From NCBI GenBank assembly GCA_945787655.1, contig CALZIJ010000005.1, forward strand, positions 2,804 through 66,803: a DNA stretch of 64,000 bases, given 5' to 3'. The notes beneath the pieces are model-generated. The model did not search any database. It had not been told where the DNA came from and saw only the letters and a program-made list of their open reading frames with translations. The stretch comes from Nitrospiria bacterium (GTDB lineage Bacteria; Nitrospirota; Nitrospiria; SBBL01; JAADHI01). Below are positions 19,143 through 27,520 of this stretch, piece by piece (position 1 is the stretch's first letter; every line of letters begins with the position of its first letter). Position numbers and translations under genes: made by a program.

Positions 19143-19616
19143 TCAATTATAATAAAAGGTTGTAAAGATATGAAAAAACAGAAAGAAAGAAGTAAATACT
19201 GCCAAGGCAACATGACTGACCATCCAGACATAGCCATACCGCTTGTTATGAATATTCAAAGGTTTCGGCGCGAGAGACCCGATCAGGACATTCATCGTAT
19301 ATGAAAGGTTCAACAAAAGGGTGTAGTTATACCCGAATTTCACAGCATGTAAATATAGTAAGGGAATAGAAAATATACTGGATTGAGTATGAAGTTGATA
19401 AAACCCTTTCTGATATTTTTTCCATAGCGGGTGAACTCGGGAAAGAATGAGTGCGTTTTGAAACAACAAAAAGATCAACAAAAAAAGCCCTGTAACCTGT
19501 TTAAACCCCTCCGAGTCTTGTCGTTCAGACAACCACAACCAGGTCCAGTCCAGATAATATTGAAGGCCATAGAAAAACAGAGCAATGATGTTCAAATAAA
19601 TGTAGGCTTTATTCAT
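19143..19616 (-). CDS. Four-TM membrane protein with conserved-looking His residues in helices (possible b-type heme or quinone-interacting subunit)
   Basis: The 157-aa protein has about four hydrophobic helices. His residues lie within or near helices (SRVHPLW, LHTQSS, LYLHAVKF, VSHVALAVF..FFHIF). It overlaps the upstream gene by 8 nt. I recognise no family with confidence. Confidence 0.45.
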   Translation of the reverse strand: MNKAYIYLNIIALFFYGLQYYLDWTWLWLSERQDSEGFKQVTGLFLLIFLLFQNALILSRVHPLWKKYQKGFYQLHTQSSIFSIPLLYLHAVKFGYNYTLLLNLSYTMNVLIGSLAPKPLNIHNKRYGYVWMVSHVALAVFTSFFLFFHIFTTFYYN

Positions 19617-20460
19617 CTTTTTTCAATATATTAAAAAGTGAACGCATTGTCTTGCTGGAAGCCTCCTGCTCAAAAGCCGACATAAACACTTCGGCTGAGG
19701 GTAAATAATAGCCTTCTCTCGGCCACTTTTTTCCAACCTCGGGCGGGCTTGAAAAAGCTTCTGTCTTCTCGAGGTAACTTTCATAAACCGATTTAAATTG
19801 TGTGCGCAACACTTCAATCACACCGATTGCTTCTTCCAAACTCAGATACTCATCCGGGTAAAGCCATGTGGTCGCCCCCATGACATCAAGAAGTTCCCAG
19901 TCATCTTTAGGGCTTTCCTTGTGGTCGTTATGACATGTGACGCAGGGTTTGACCGCGGCAATGTCTGGAAACATGCCGGTATAGCGTGCGATGTCTTCAG
20001 AATAAAAAAACTGGGGGAGACGTGTTTTTTTTATCTCTTGAAATCTTTTATTTTGTTCGGGGTCAAACTCATTGGCTTGATTAATCGGCGCATCAGAGCC
20101 TAGAAACAGACTGAGAGGAATGGGGTTCGCTTCCAATCCACTCGCGGTCGCACGTAAAAACAAGGCTGGAAGCGGCCCTGCCTTGACCTCCTTGTCTTTC
20201 CAGTCTTCATCAAATTTTAATCCTTGCTTTTTCCCCGCACCAACAATTTCCTTGGTCCATATTTTTCGGACGATGGCATTTTCCTGCTGAACCAGTTCAA
20301 ACAGTTGAAAACTGCTGATCCGCTTTCCTTCAGTCCCGGGTGTCGTTTCCGGTAGTGGCGGGGGAGCACTTACAAAGAGATACACAATTAATGCAACCCA
20401 AGCGAGCAATATATAAACTTTGTATGAAAAGTTGTTATTCTTTTTGTTTTTTGGCTTCAT
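19609..20460 (-). CDS. Periplasmic/anchored monoheme c-type protein, DUF3365 (Tll0287-like) type
   Basis: It has an N-terminal signal-anchor (VYILLAWVALIVYLFV). There is a single CXXCH (CVTCHNDH) in a context I recognise from DUF3365 sensor domains (PLPALF.R..A ... CVTCHN.H). Confidence 0.62.
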   Translation of the reverse strand: MKPKNKKNNNFSYKVYILLAWVALIVYLFVSAPPPLPETTPGTEGKRISSFQLFELVQQENAIVRKIWTKEIVGAGKKQGLKFDEDWKDKEVKAGPLPALFLRATASGLEANPIPLSLFLGSDAPINQANEFDPEQNKRFQEIKKTRLPQFFYSEDIARYTGMFPDIAAVKPCVTCHNDHKESPKDDWELLDVMGATTWLYPDEYLSLEEAIGVIEVLRTQFKSVYESYLEKTEAFSSPPEVGKKWPREGYYLPSAEVFMSAFEQEASSKTMRSLFNILKKDE

Positions 20461-21118
20461 ATCGTTTTTCGCTCGAGTAAGGGGAAGGAGCCCCTTGGAA
20501 ATAGTCCATTACTTTAAATTCAGCGATCATTTTAGAAGTATGTGTGGCTGTATCGAAGATATGGTTGCCGTGAAAATCATGACACCTCAAACAAGTGTTC
20601 CATTTTTTTTCCTCTATTAACGTATGATGTGCAATATCTAAGGGGTCTTTTTTTAGTGATAATTTTGCATGACAATGCATACAGTAATCCGGCTCGATGG
20701 TAACGCGCCGTCCCATATGTTCCATGTGGCAGGATAGACAGGAGTGTGGCTGAATCTTTTCTCTCGCCTTTGCAAAACGGGGTTCGATAAATCGAAAAAC
20801 GGGATGACGGTCTTCAGGACGGTCATGACAATCAAGACAAACCTGATTTTTAACCGGTAAGTGCCCCAAATAAGGTTTTGTCTCGCGAACATTCAACGCA
20901 TATTTTAAACTTGCCTGGACCTGCTGACGAAAAGTCCCCGGCGCAGTGAGATGGCACTCTTTGCATTCAAGTGTTTCATGTCCCGTATTCATTGGCCCTT
21001 TTTGTACAAAAGATTCAAATAACCCGGAAAAACCCACAATAGACATCACAACCGTAATATAACCACCAATAAAAAATCCGGCCCATTGACGCTTTCGTGG
21101 CTTGCTCCTGAAACTCAT
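20435..21118 (-). CDS. Membrane-anchored pentaheme cytochrome c (start taken at MSFRSKPRKRQW; the ORF extends to 21295)
   Basis: Five CXXCH motifs are present (CKECH, CLDCH, CLSCH, CMHCH, CLRCH). An N-terminal TM helix (WAGFFIGGYITVVMSIVGF) gives a NapC/NirT/NrfH-like topology. Confidence 0.8.
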   Translation of the reverse strand: MSFRSKPRKRQWAGFFIGGYITVVMSIVGFSGLFESFVQKGPMNTGHETLECKECHLTAPGTFRQQVQASLKYALNVRETKPYLGHLPVKNQVCLDCHDRPEDRHPVFRFIEPRFAKAREKIQPHSCLSCHMEHMGRRVTIEPDYCMHCHAKLSLKKDPLDIAHHTLIEEKKWNTCLRCHDFHGNHIFDTATHTSKMIAEFKVMDYFQGAPSPYSSEKRYEAKKQKE

Positions 21119-21321
21119 TTTAACTCTATGTAAGTGGAAAATTTTCGATTGATCCTTAATATTATAATAGGTGTTTTTGAAAATGGGGCTATTTTTTATT
21201 TTTAATAGTATTTTTTCATAATTTTTTATGGGCATATTGCCGGACACGTGGTCAGAAAAACACGTCCATGCACACAGATGCATGGCAGAGTACACAAGGA
21301 CTCCTTTTCACAAACACTGTA

Positions 21322-21350
21322 TTGCAGAACAGAGATCGATAGGGTATATA
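21322..21350 (+). promoter_or_regulatory. Candidate sigma70-type promoter upstream of the sdhA-like gene
   Basis: The pattern is TTGCAG, 17 nt, then TATATA. It lies about 80 nt upstream of the ATG at 21429. This is pattern match only. Confidence 0.3.
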
Positions 21351-21428
21351 AGTCTCAACAATAACAACAGATTAAATTCACCTTTTAGTAACGCACTGCA
21401 GACACACCCCTCAATATAAGGAGCATGC

Positions 21429-23096
21429 ATGCAAATACATGATGTCTTGATCGTCGGCGCCGGCTTGGCCGGGATGCGGGCTGCTGTGGCCGTACCCGCC
21501 CATCTCAATGTTGGCATCGTCTCAAAAGTTCATCCCGTCAGGAGCCATTCCGTCGCGGCGGAAGGGGGCATTAATGCCGCTATTCGCGAGGACGATTCCT
21601 GGGAATCCCACATGTACGATACCGTCAAAGGCAGCGATTGGCTGGGTGACCAGGATGCCATTGAAATCCTTTGCAAGTCTGCGCCTGAAGACATCATGAC
21701 CCTCGAACGTATGGGAGCGCTTTTCTCCCGTGATGCCGAAGGCCGCATCGCACAACGAAATTTTGGCGGCCTCGGATATCCCAGAACGTGTTATGTGGCA
21801 GACCGCACAGGGCATGCTCTCGTGCATTTGCTTTATGAACAACTCCTGAAACGAGGCGCTCATATCTATGAAGAGTGGTATGTTACTTCCCTGATTGTAG
21901 AGGAAGGCGTCTGTTGCGGGGTAGTCGTACTAAATTTGTTTACTGGAGAACTATCCACCCTCCGCGCCAAATCCGTCATCCTGGCCACGGGCGGTTATGG
22001 ACGTGTGTATTTAATTTCGACCAACGGACTGATCAACACCGGAGACGGCATGGCAATGGCCTACCAGGCGGGAGTGCCGCTTCAAGATTTGGAATTTGTT
22101 CAATTTCATCCCACGACCCTCAAGTCCACCGGGATACTCATTACCGAAGGCGCACGCGGTGAAGGTGGATACCTGTTTAACGCGCGTGGAGAGCGCTTCA
22201 TGGAAAAATATGCGCCCAACGCTATGGAACTGGCCAGCCGGGATGTCGTTTCGCGCGCTGAATATCAGGAAATTATGGCGGGCCGGGGTGTCAATGGTTG
22301 TGTCATGCTGGATCTGCGCCACCTCGGTAAAGCCAAAATTATGGAGCGGCTGCCTCAGATTTGGGAACTCTCCATCACCTATGCCGGCGTTGACCCGGTC
22401 GAGGCTCCCATTCCCATCACACCGGGGGTACACTACTCCATGGGCGGCATCCCGACCAACACACAATGCGAAACACCGATGCCGGGCCTATATGCCGCCG
22501 GAGAATGTGCATGTGCTTCGGTCCACGGCGCCAACCGACTGGGGGGCAATGCATTAATGGAAACCATCGTCTACGGGCGGAGAGCGGGAGAATTCGCTTC
22601 CCAATATGCAGAACAACATGAGATCAAACCCATCTCGGAAACCCACCTTCAGAAAGAGAAAGAGAAAATCTCATCCATCATGTCACGGAAAGATGGAGAA
22701 CGGGTTGGTGTTCTCCGTGAAACCATCGGGACCATTATGGCGGAACATTTTGGCATCTCCAGAACACGCGAAAGGATGGAAGCCGGGTTAGAAAAATTAA
22801 AAGCTGTCCGAGCACGCATCCCAAACCTTTATCTACAAGATCGGGGAAACATTTTTAACCTGGAATTAATTGACGCACTACAACTCCATTCCATCATGGA
22901 CCTTGCCGAGGTCCTATCTGCTGGCGCCACCATACGTGAGGAGTCCCGCGGGGCGCATTCCCGGCCGGACTTTCCTAAAAGAGATGATGAAAACTGGATG
23001 AAACACACCCTGGCCTTTAGAACAGAAGAAGGTCCAAAACTCGAATACAAACCGGTCACCATTACAAAAATTCCTCCCGCCGAACGAAAATACTAA
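21429..23096 (+). CDS. sdhA: Succinate dehydrogenase / fumarate reductase flavoprotein subunit
   Basis: The N-terminus has the FAD fold VLIVGAGLAGMRAA. RSHSVAAEGGI carries the covalent-FAD His context. Also present are HPTT..ITEGARGEGG, ASRDVVSRA and the C-terminal RGAHSR..FP.RDD. Confidence 0.88.
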   Translation: MQIHDVLIVGAGLAGMRAAVAVPAHLNVGIVSKVHPVRSHSVAAEGGINAAIREDDSWESHMYDTVKGSDWLGDQDAIEILCKSAPEDIMTLERMGALFSRDAEGRIAQRNFGGLGYPRTCYVADRTGHALVHLLYEQLLKRGAHIYEEWYVTSLIVEEGVCCGVVVLNLFTGELSTLRAKSVILATGGYGRVYLISTNGLINTGDGMAMAYQAGVPLQDLEFVQFHPTTLKSTGILITEGARGEGGYLFNARGERFMEKYAPNAMELASRDVVSRAEYQEIMAGRGVNGCVMLDLRHLGKAKIMERLPQIWELSITYAGVDPVEAPIPITPGVHYSMGGIPTNTQCETPMPGLYAAGECACASVHGANRLGGNALMETIVYGRRAGEFASQYAEQHEIKPISETHLQKEKEKISSIMSRKDGERVGVLRETIGTIMAEHFGISRTRERMEAGLEKLKAVRARIPNLYLQDRGNIFNLELIDALQLHSIMDLAEVLSAGATIREESRGAHSRPDFPKRDDENWMKHTLAFRTEEGPKLEYKPVTITKIPPAERKY

Positions 23097-23373
23097 CATT
23101 CACAATAAAAACCGAAGGACAAACAGAGCCGTTATAAAAAGTAAAGTCGGAAATGACGATTCACCAAATGCGGCTTCGCCTGAATTCCGCCGCTTTTGTG
23201 CCTGTCTCTTTATGACTCACTGCGCCTTTTGTAGGCGGAGTGAAAGATACTTGACAAAACTTCTATAAAAAGAGCATATTTTTATTCGATTCAACCACAA
23301 TACAATATTATTCGCGGATTATTGTTCCTTTTAAACCTCAGGTTTTAATCGGCAGCAAAAAAAGGAGGACATC

Positions 23374-24111
23374 ATGCGTATTTCAAACATTCAGTTCTTT
23401 TTGATTGGAACGGTTATTTTGGCTTCACTAATGACCTTTACTGTCACGGCACATGCGCTTTCGATTCGGATCGCACAGGAATCCAGTGCCGGGGCCGGAG
23501 ACTTTGATTCTAACCTCTTAGGAACGATGACCGCATTTGAAACCAGCCTTAACATTTCGGATTTTTACCGCTACAACAATCCCGACAGGGCCAGCTACAA
23601 CGGACACCTTAATGGCGGGCCGACACTGGTATCGAGCCTCACCCAACTGTTTTTGGTCAATGCTTCTGATGGCTTATCCCTTGTCACCGTGCATGACGAC
23701 GTTGAGGATGGTTCCGGTGGACGAACACATACTGCATGGGATCTGAGCGGGGATACGGCGGGATTTTCACTCTCCGACGACCCCGGAGAAGGCCTTTCCA
23801 TCTCAGGTGGCGGGACACACTTCGAAAGCCGGAAAAACTGGATTGGCTGCTGTACTGACGGTTTCGCCATCGGAGCCCTCGAAGGCGATTGGTCCATGCT
23901 GGGCAGTTTTATGGGGATTCCGACCGGGATTTCCGCATGGGCAGCGGTCTCTTCCGATTTTTCGACCGTGGGACTGACCCTCGAAACCGGCCGACGTGTC
24001 CGGCTTGACAAGGTACCCGCGCCAATTCCGGAACCTTCCACCTGGATTCTGATGATCAGTGGTCTTCTGGGGCTTTTTCTGATTCGTCGGTGGAAACGGT
24101 TCACCTTTTGA
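23374..24111 (+). CDS. Secreted PEP-CTERM sorting-domain protein
   Basis: An N-terminal signal peptide is present. The C-terminal VPAPIPEPSTWILMISGLLGLFLIRRWKR is a PEP motif plus TM helix plus basic tail. A strong SD (AAGGAGG) precedes the ATG. Confidence 0.8.
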   Translation: MRISNIQFFLIGTVILASLMTFTVTAHALSIRIAQESSAGAGDFDSNLLGTMTAFETSLNISDFYRYNNPDRASYNGHLNGGPTLVSSLTQLFLVNASDGLSLVTVHDDVEDGSGGRTHTAWDLSGDTAGFSLSDDPGEGLSISGGGTHFESRKNWIGCCTDGFAIGALEGDWSMLGSFMGIPTGISAWAAVSSDFSTVGLTLETGRRVRLDKVPAPIPEPSTWILMISGLLGLFLIRRWKRFTF

Positions 24112-24142
24112 CAGCATTTCTTCTTCATAACCGTTCCTCATC

Positions 24143-24174
24143 AAAAGGCTCCCTTTGCGGAGCCTTTTGTTTTG
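24143..24174 (+). terminator. Rho-independent terminator after the PEP-CTERM gene
   Basis: The stem is GGCTCC/GGAGCC with a 6-nt loop. It is flanked by an A-tract upstream and TTTTGTTTT downstream. Confidence 0.6.
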
Positions 24175-24334
24175 ATAAATCCCTTTTTCATTAAAAAAAT
24201 TCAAACCATATCTTTCTATCTCCTCAAGTTTTATTAGTCCCTTGCCGATAACCCTAATAAGGGACACATTGCCTTGTTTTTACAAGAAATGCATAGGAGC
24301 TTTTTTCTGCTAAACTTTCGTATGGGCTAAAGAT

Positions 24335-24517
24335 ATGGCAATAAAAAGAGAAATTATCCGGCAGTACCCGATTGCGGACCTTGATGACAAACAATCCGTT
24401 GCCGGGGATAAAACGATGCTTCAAGGATATCCGCTTCAATGGTTCGAATCGGTAAATATTAACCGGCTTCTCGTCCATATTCATTATAAAGCACCGTTTT
24501 TTATGGCTAGTGTTTAA
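24335..24517 (+). CDS. Possible 60-aa ORF translationally coupled to the CheX-like gene; function unknown
   Basis: Its TAA stop overlaps the ATG of the next gene (TAATG at 24515-24519). The SD is weak and I recognise no motif. It may not be a real gene. Confidence 0.25.
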   Translation: MAIKREIIRQYPIADLDDKQSVAGDKTMLQGYPLQWFESVNINRLLVHIHYKAPFFMASV

Positions 24518-25068
24518 TGCTTATCCAACAAAAACAGGGGGAGGGGGAACTTTTGGAAACTCAACCAAAAGAAACAATCGACACTGTACTCAAAAAAACC
24601 ATCGCTACAGGAATTAATGCAATATTCCAACAATATGGCATTCATTTCACCGAATCAAGTGAGAACAAAAAATGTTACGACATCGTCGCAGTCATTGGGT
24701 TTTCAGGAGACTACAAAGGGGCCGTCGGGTTTGCTGCTGAAAAGCCTTTGGTCAAAGCAGCATTCGGAGAAACGAACACCACACTTTCAGACAGTTGGGT
24801 CGGAGAAGTATCCAACCAACTCCTGGGACGATTAAAAAACGCACTGCTCGCCTACGGCATAGAAATACAAATCGCATTACCCATGGTCCTAAACGGGGTC
24901 AAAATTCAGGTCCGCTCCGTGAACAGTGCTCCCTTTCAGTCCGTCCACCAGTCTGAAGCAGGAGATGCCTGTATTTGGGTCGATAGCAATTGGGATATTC
25001 AACAAGAACTAGAACGCCTTGAAACTGAATTCCACGCTAAACCTGAAGGGAATACCTTCATTTTTTAA
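24517..25068 (+). CDS. cheX: CheX-like CheY-P phosphatase (CheC/CheX/FliY family)
   Basis: The family active-site motif S-x3-E-x2-N is intact (SWVGEVSN, E97/N100), with a Pro 22 residues later. The IGFSGDYKGAVGF segment is typical of CheX. The gene sits next to a CheA-type kinase and a CheY. Confidence 0.62.
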   Translation: MLIQQKQGEGELLETQPKETIDTVLKKTIATGINAIFQQYGIHFTESSENKKCYDIVAVIGFSGDYKGAVGFAAEKPLVKAAFGETNTTLSDSWVGEVSNQLLGRLKNALLAYGIEIQIALPMVLNGVKIQVRSVNSAPFQSVHQSEAGDACIWVDSNWDIQQELERLETEFHAKPEGNTFIF

Positions 25069-25118
25069 ACACTTATTTACATGGTCAAAGGGACTGGTTT
25101 TTCCACGTAAGGAGGGGA

Positions 25119-27095
25119 GTGATGTCAATTAAAAAATATCTTGTATTACCGGACGAGGTCACCGATTTTGAACACAATTATCTAAAAAAACTGAACAAAG
25201 TTGCACTTTATTTCTTCTTTGCCCACATTCCTGTCTTTATGCTGGTCGCTTGGGCTGCAGATACCGGACCCCTGTCTGCGTTGCTTTTAACCGGTGCACT
25301 TTTAACCGGCCCGGCGATTGCTCAGTTTTCCATGGAAAACGAGCGCCTCAAGTCCATGATCTACGGATTCACATCCATGTGCATGGGCGGACTATTAGTC
25401 CACTTCGGCCAAGGGCCGGTACAAATCGAAATGCATTTCTACTTTTTTGCGCTTCTTGCCATGCTGTGCGCCTATGCCAATCCGGCGGTGAATATCGTCG
25501 CGGCGGTCACGGTCGCCCTGCACCACCTCATTGTTTGGTACTACCTCCCCAGCAGTGTGTTTAATTATGATGCATCGGTTTGGGTGGTCCTTGTTCATGC
25601 CGCCTTTGTGGTGCTTGAAACGGTTGCAACCTGTTATATTTCCCGGCGTTTCTTTGATGATGTGATCGGTTTGGAAAAAATTGTCCAGGAGAGAACCAGA
25701 GAAGTCCATATGATTCTGAATAACATCGGACAGGGTTTTCTCACCGTGGACCTTTTCGGAGTGATGTCTGAGGAACGCTCATCCGCAGTCTCAGGCTGGT
25801 TCGGTCAAAGTCAGGAACACCAAACTTTTTCAGATTATATTCGTCCTGTGGACGCCACAGTGGCAGAATATTTTGAGCTCGGCATGGAGTCCGTTCAAGA
25901 AGGGATTCTGCCCACAGAAGTGGCCATCAATCAACTTCCTAAACGCCTTGTCTCCGGAACAACGATTCTGGAACTCTCATACAGACCCGTCGAAAATGCC
26001 GAAAACACAATCGAACGGGTGCTTATCATTATTACGGACATTACCAGCCAGGTTGAAAGAGAGCATGCAGAAGCCCAGCAAAAACAGCTCATGGATGTTT
26101 TTGGTCACATTATGAGAGACAAACTGGGTTTTCTCGAATTCTTGTCCGAAACGGATCATTTGGTGGATGCTGTTCTTGCCAATCAATATGAAAATTTACC
26201 TCATTTAAAACGCATCATCCACACCATTAAAGGAAATGCCGGTTTGTTTGGCATGGCCAGCGTCTCTTCCCTGTGTCATTCCCTGGAAGATAAAATTGTC
26301 TCCGAAGGGGCCGCACCCGAAGAATTTGAGCTGAAAAATCTGGGAGATGAGTGGAATGCCGTTCGTGACAACCTGGACAACCTTTTGGGCAAGCAGATGG
26401 ATAAAAACATTGAGATCAATGACGAGGATTATGAAGCGGTCCTGCGCGCTCTGCTAGACAAAGAAAAACCTGAAAAAATTGCAAAAATGGTCCAATCCTG
26501 GAAACTGGAATCCACGAAACATCGATTGGAATTTATCAAACAACAAACAGAAGGGCTGGCCCAAAGACTTGGGAAAGGAAACATCAGCATACAAACCCGG
26601 CCGCATAATCTTCGGTTAAAAAACGAAGATTGGGCGCCATTCTGGTCAAGTTTCGTCCACATTCTTAGAAATGCAGTCGACCACGGCATCGAACCCGAAG
26701 ACGAAAGAGTGGAATCCGGAAAAGAAGGCGCCGGACAAATTCAAATAGAAACTTATGTCGAGAATAACGAGTTCGTCATCGCGGTGGAAGACGACGGACG
26801 CGGGATCAACTGGGAAGGCATTGAAGCAATGGCCGAAAAATCCAACCTGCCTCACGACAACGAAGAAGACCTTTTTAATGCCATATTTCATGATGGGATT
26901 ACCACGAAAGCCACACCGACCCAATTTTCAGGAAGGGGTGTGGGCATGGGGGCCGTTCGATCAGAATGTGAAAAACGGGGCGGTAAGATCGAGATCCTCA
27001 GCCAGCACGGGAAGGGGACCAAATTTTCATTCCGTTTCCCAATCAATCAATCGGTCTATTATCCCGGAAACGATACCATTGCCAATGCGGCTTGA
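25119..27095 (+). CDS. Membrane-anchored CheA-type histidine kinase: about five TM helices, a PAS-like region, Hpt and a CheA-class HATPase; no CheW-like P5 domain (GTG at 25119, ATG at 25122)
   Basis: The Hpt motif is IIHTIKGNAGLFGM, with the phospho-His codon at 26220-26222. The CheA-class N box is HILRNAVDHGIE, G1 is VEDDGRGI and G2 is GRGVGMGAV. The protein ends about 45 aa after G2. The N-terminal 175 aa are hydrophobic helices. Confidence 0.75.
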   Translation: MMSIKKYLVLPDEVTDFEHNYLKKLNKVALYFFFAHIPVFMLVAWAADTGPLSALLLTGALLTGPAIAQFSMENERLKSMIYGFTSMCMGGLLVHFGQGPVQIEMHFYFFALLAMLCAYANPAVNIVAAVTVALHHLIVWYYLPSSVFNYDASVWVVLVHAAFVVLETVATCYISRRFFDDVIGLEKIVQERTREVHMILNNIGQGFLTVDLFGVMSEERSSAVSGWFGQSQEHQTFSDYIRPVDATVAEYFELGMESVQEGILPTEVAINQLPKRLVSGTTILELSYRPVENAENTIERVLIIITDITSQVEREHAEAQQKQLMDVFGHIMRDKLGFLEFLSETDHLVDAVLANQYENLPHLKRIIHTIKGNAGLFGMASVSSLCHSLEDKIVSEGAAPEEFELKNLGDEWNAVRDNLDNLLGKQMDKNIEINDEDYEAVLRALLDKEKPEKIAKMVQSWKLESTKHRLEFIKQQTEGLAQRLGKGNISIQTRPHNLRLKNEDWAPFWSSFVHILRNAVDHGIEPEDERVESGKEGAGQIQIETYVENNEFVIAVEDDGRGINWEGIEAMAEKSNLPHDNEEDLFNAIFHDGITTKATPTQFSGRGVGMGAVRSECEKRGGKIEILSQHGKGTKFSFRFPINQSVYYPGNDTIANAA

Positions 27096-27149
27096 AGATA
27101 CCGTATTAATCTATAGTACGCCTTTTAGGCTAAAACAAGGAGGATTAAC

Positions 27150-27518
27150 ATGGGGAAGCAGATTTTAGTGGTGGATGATTCAGCCGCAGTCAGACAACAG
27201 GTCGGTATGGCCCTTGGGCATGCCGGCTTTGAGGTCGTCGAAGCCGCTGACGGGAATGAAGGCGTCTCCGCTGTTGACGGAAACCCGAACATCGCCATGG
27301 TCATCAGCGATGTGAACATGCCCAATATGAACGGACTGGAAATGGTCAGCGCCATTAAGCAAAAACCAAGCCACCAGGCATTGCCTATCATCATGCTCAC
27401 GACTGAGGGACAACCGGCTTTAATCAAACAAGCCAAGGCCGCAGGAGCAGTCGGATGGATCGTTAAACCCTTTGATGCAGGGCAATTGGTGGCAACAGTG
27501 CAAAAACTGACCGCATAA
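27150..27518 (+). CDS. cheY: Single-domain CheY-like response regulator
   Basis: The receiver signature is present (ILVVDDS, phospho-acceptor context ISDVNMPNMNG, LTTEG, KP). The protein is 122 aa. A strong SD (AAGGAGGA) precedes the start. Confidence 0.9.
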   Translation: MGKQILVVDDSAAVRQQVGMALGHAGFEVVEAADGNEGVSAVDGNPNIAMVISDVNMPNMNGLEMVSAIKQKPSHQALPIIMLTTEGQPALIKQAKAAGAVGWIVKPFDAGQLVATVQKLTA

Positions 27519-27520
27519 CG

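Noticed and set aside
20435-21295. The full 286-aa version of the multiheme cytochrome ORF.
   Set aside because: The first 59 residues (MYSAMHLCAWTCFSDHVSG...) lack signal or TM character and run into the AT-rich promoter region. The internal start MSFRSKPRKRQW, followed by a TM helix, gives a normal anchored cytochrome.
23164-23180. An exact 17-nt repeat, CCAAATGCGGCTTCGCC, also found at 27650-27666. A GAATTCCGCC string lies near both copies.
   Set aside because: One copy is intergenic and the other lies inside the coding sequence of the MCP-tip protein. The chance expectation for one 17-mer match in 64 kb on both strands is roughly 0.2-0.5, so it is not significant. No extended similarity flanks the match.
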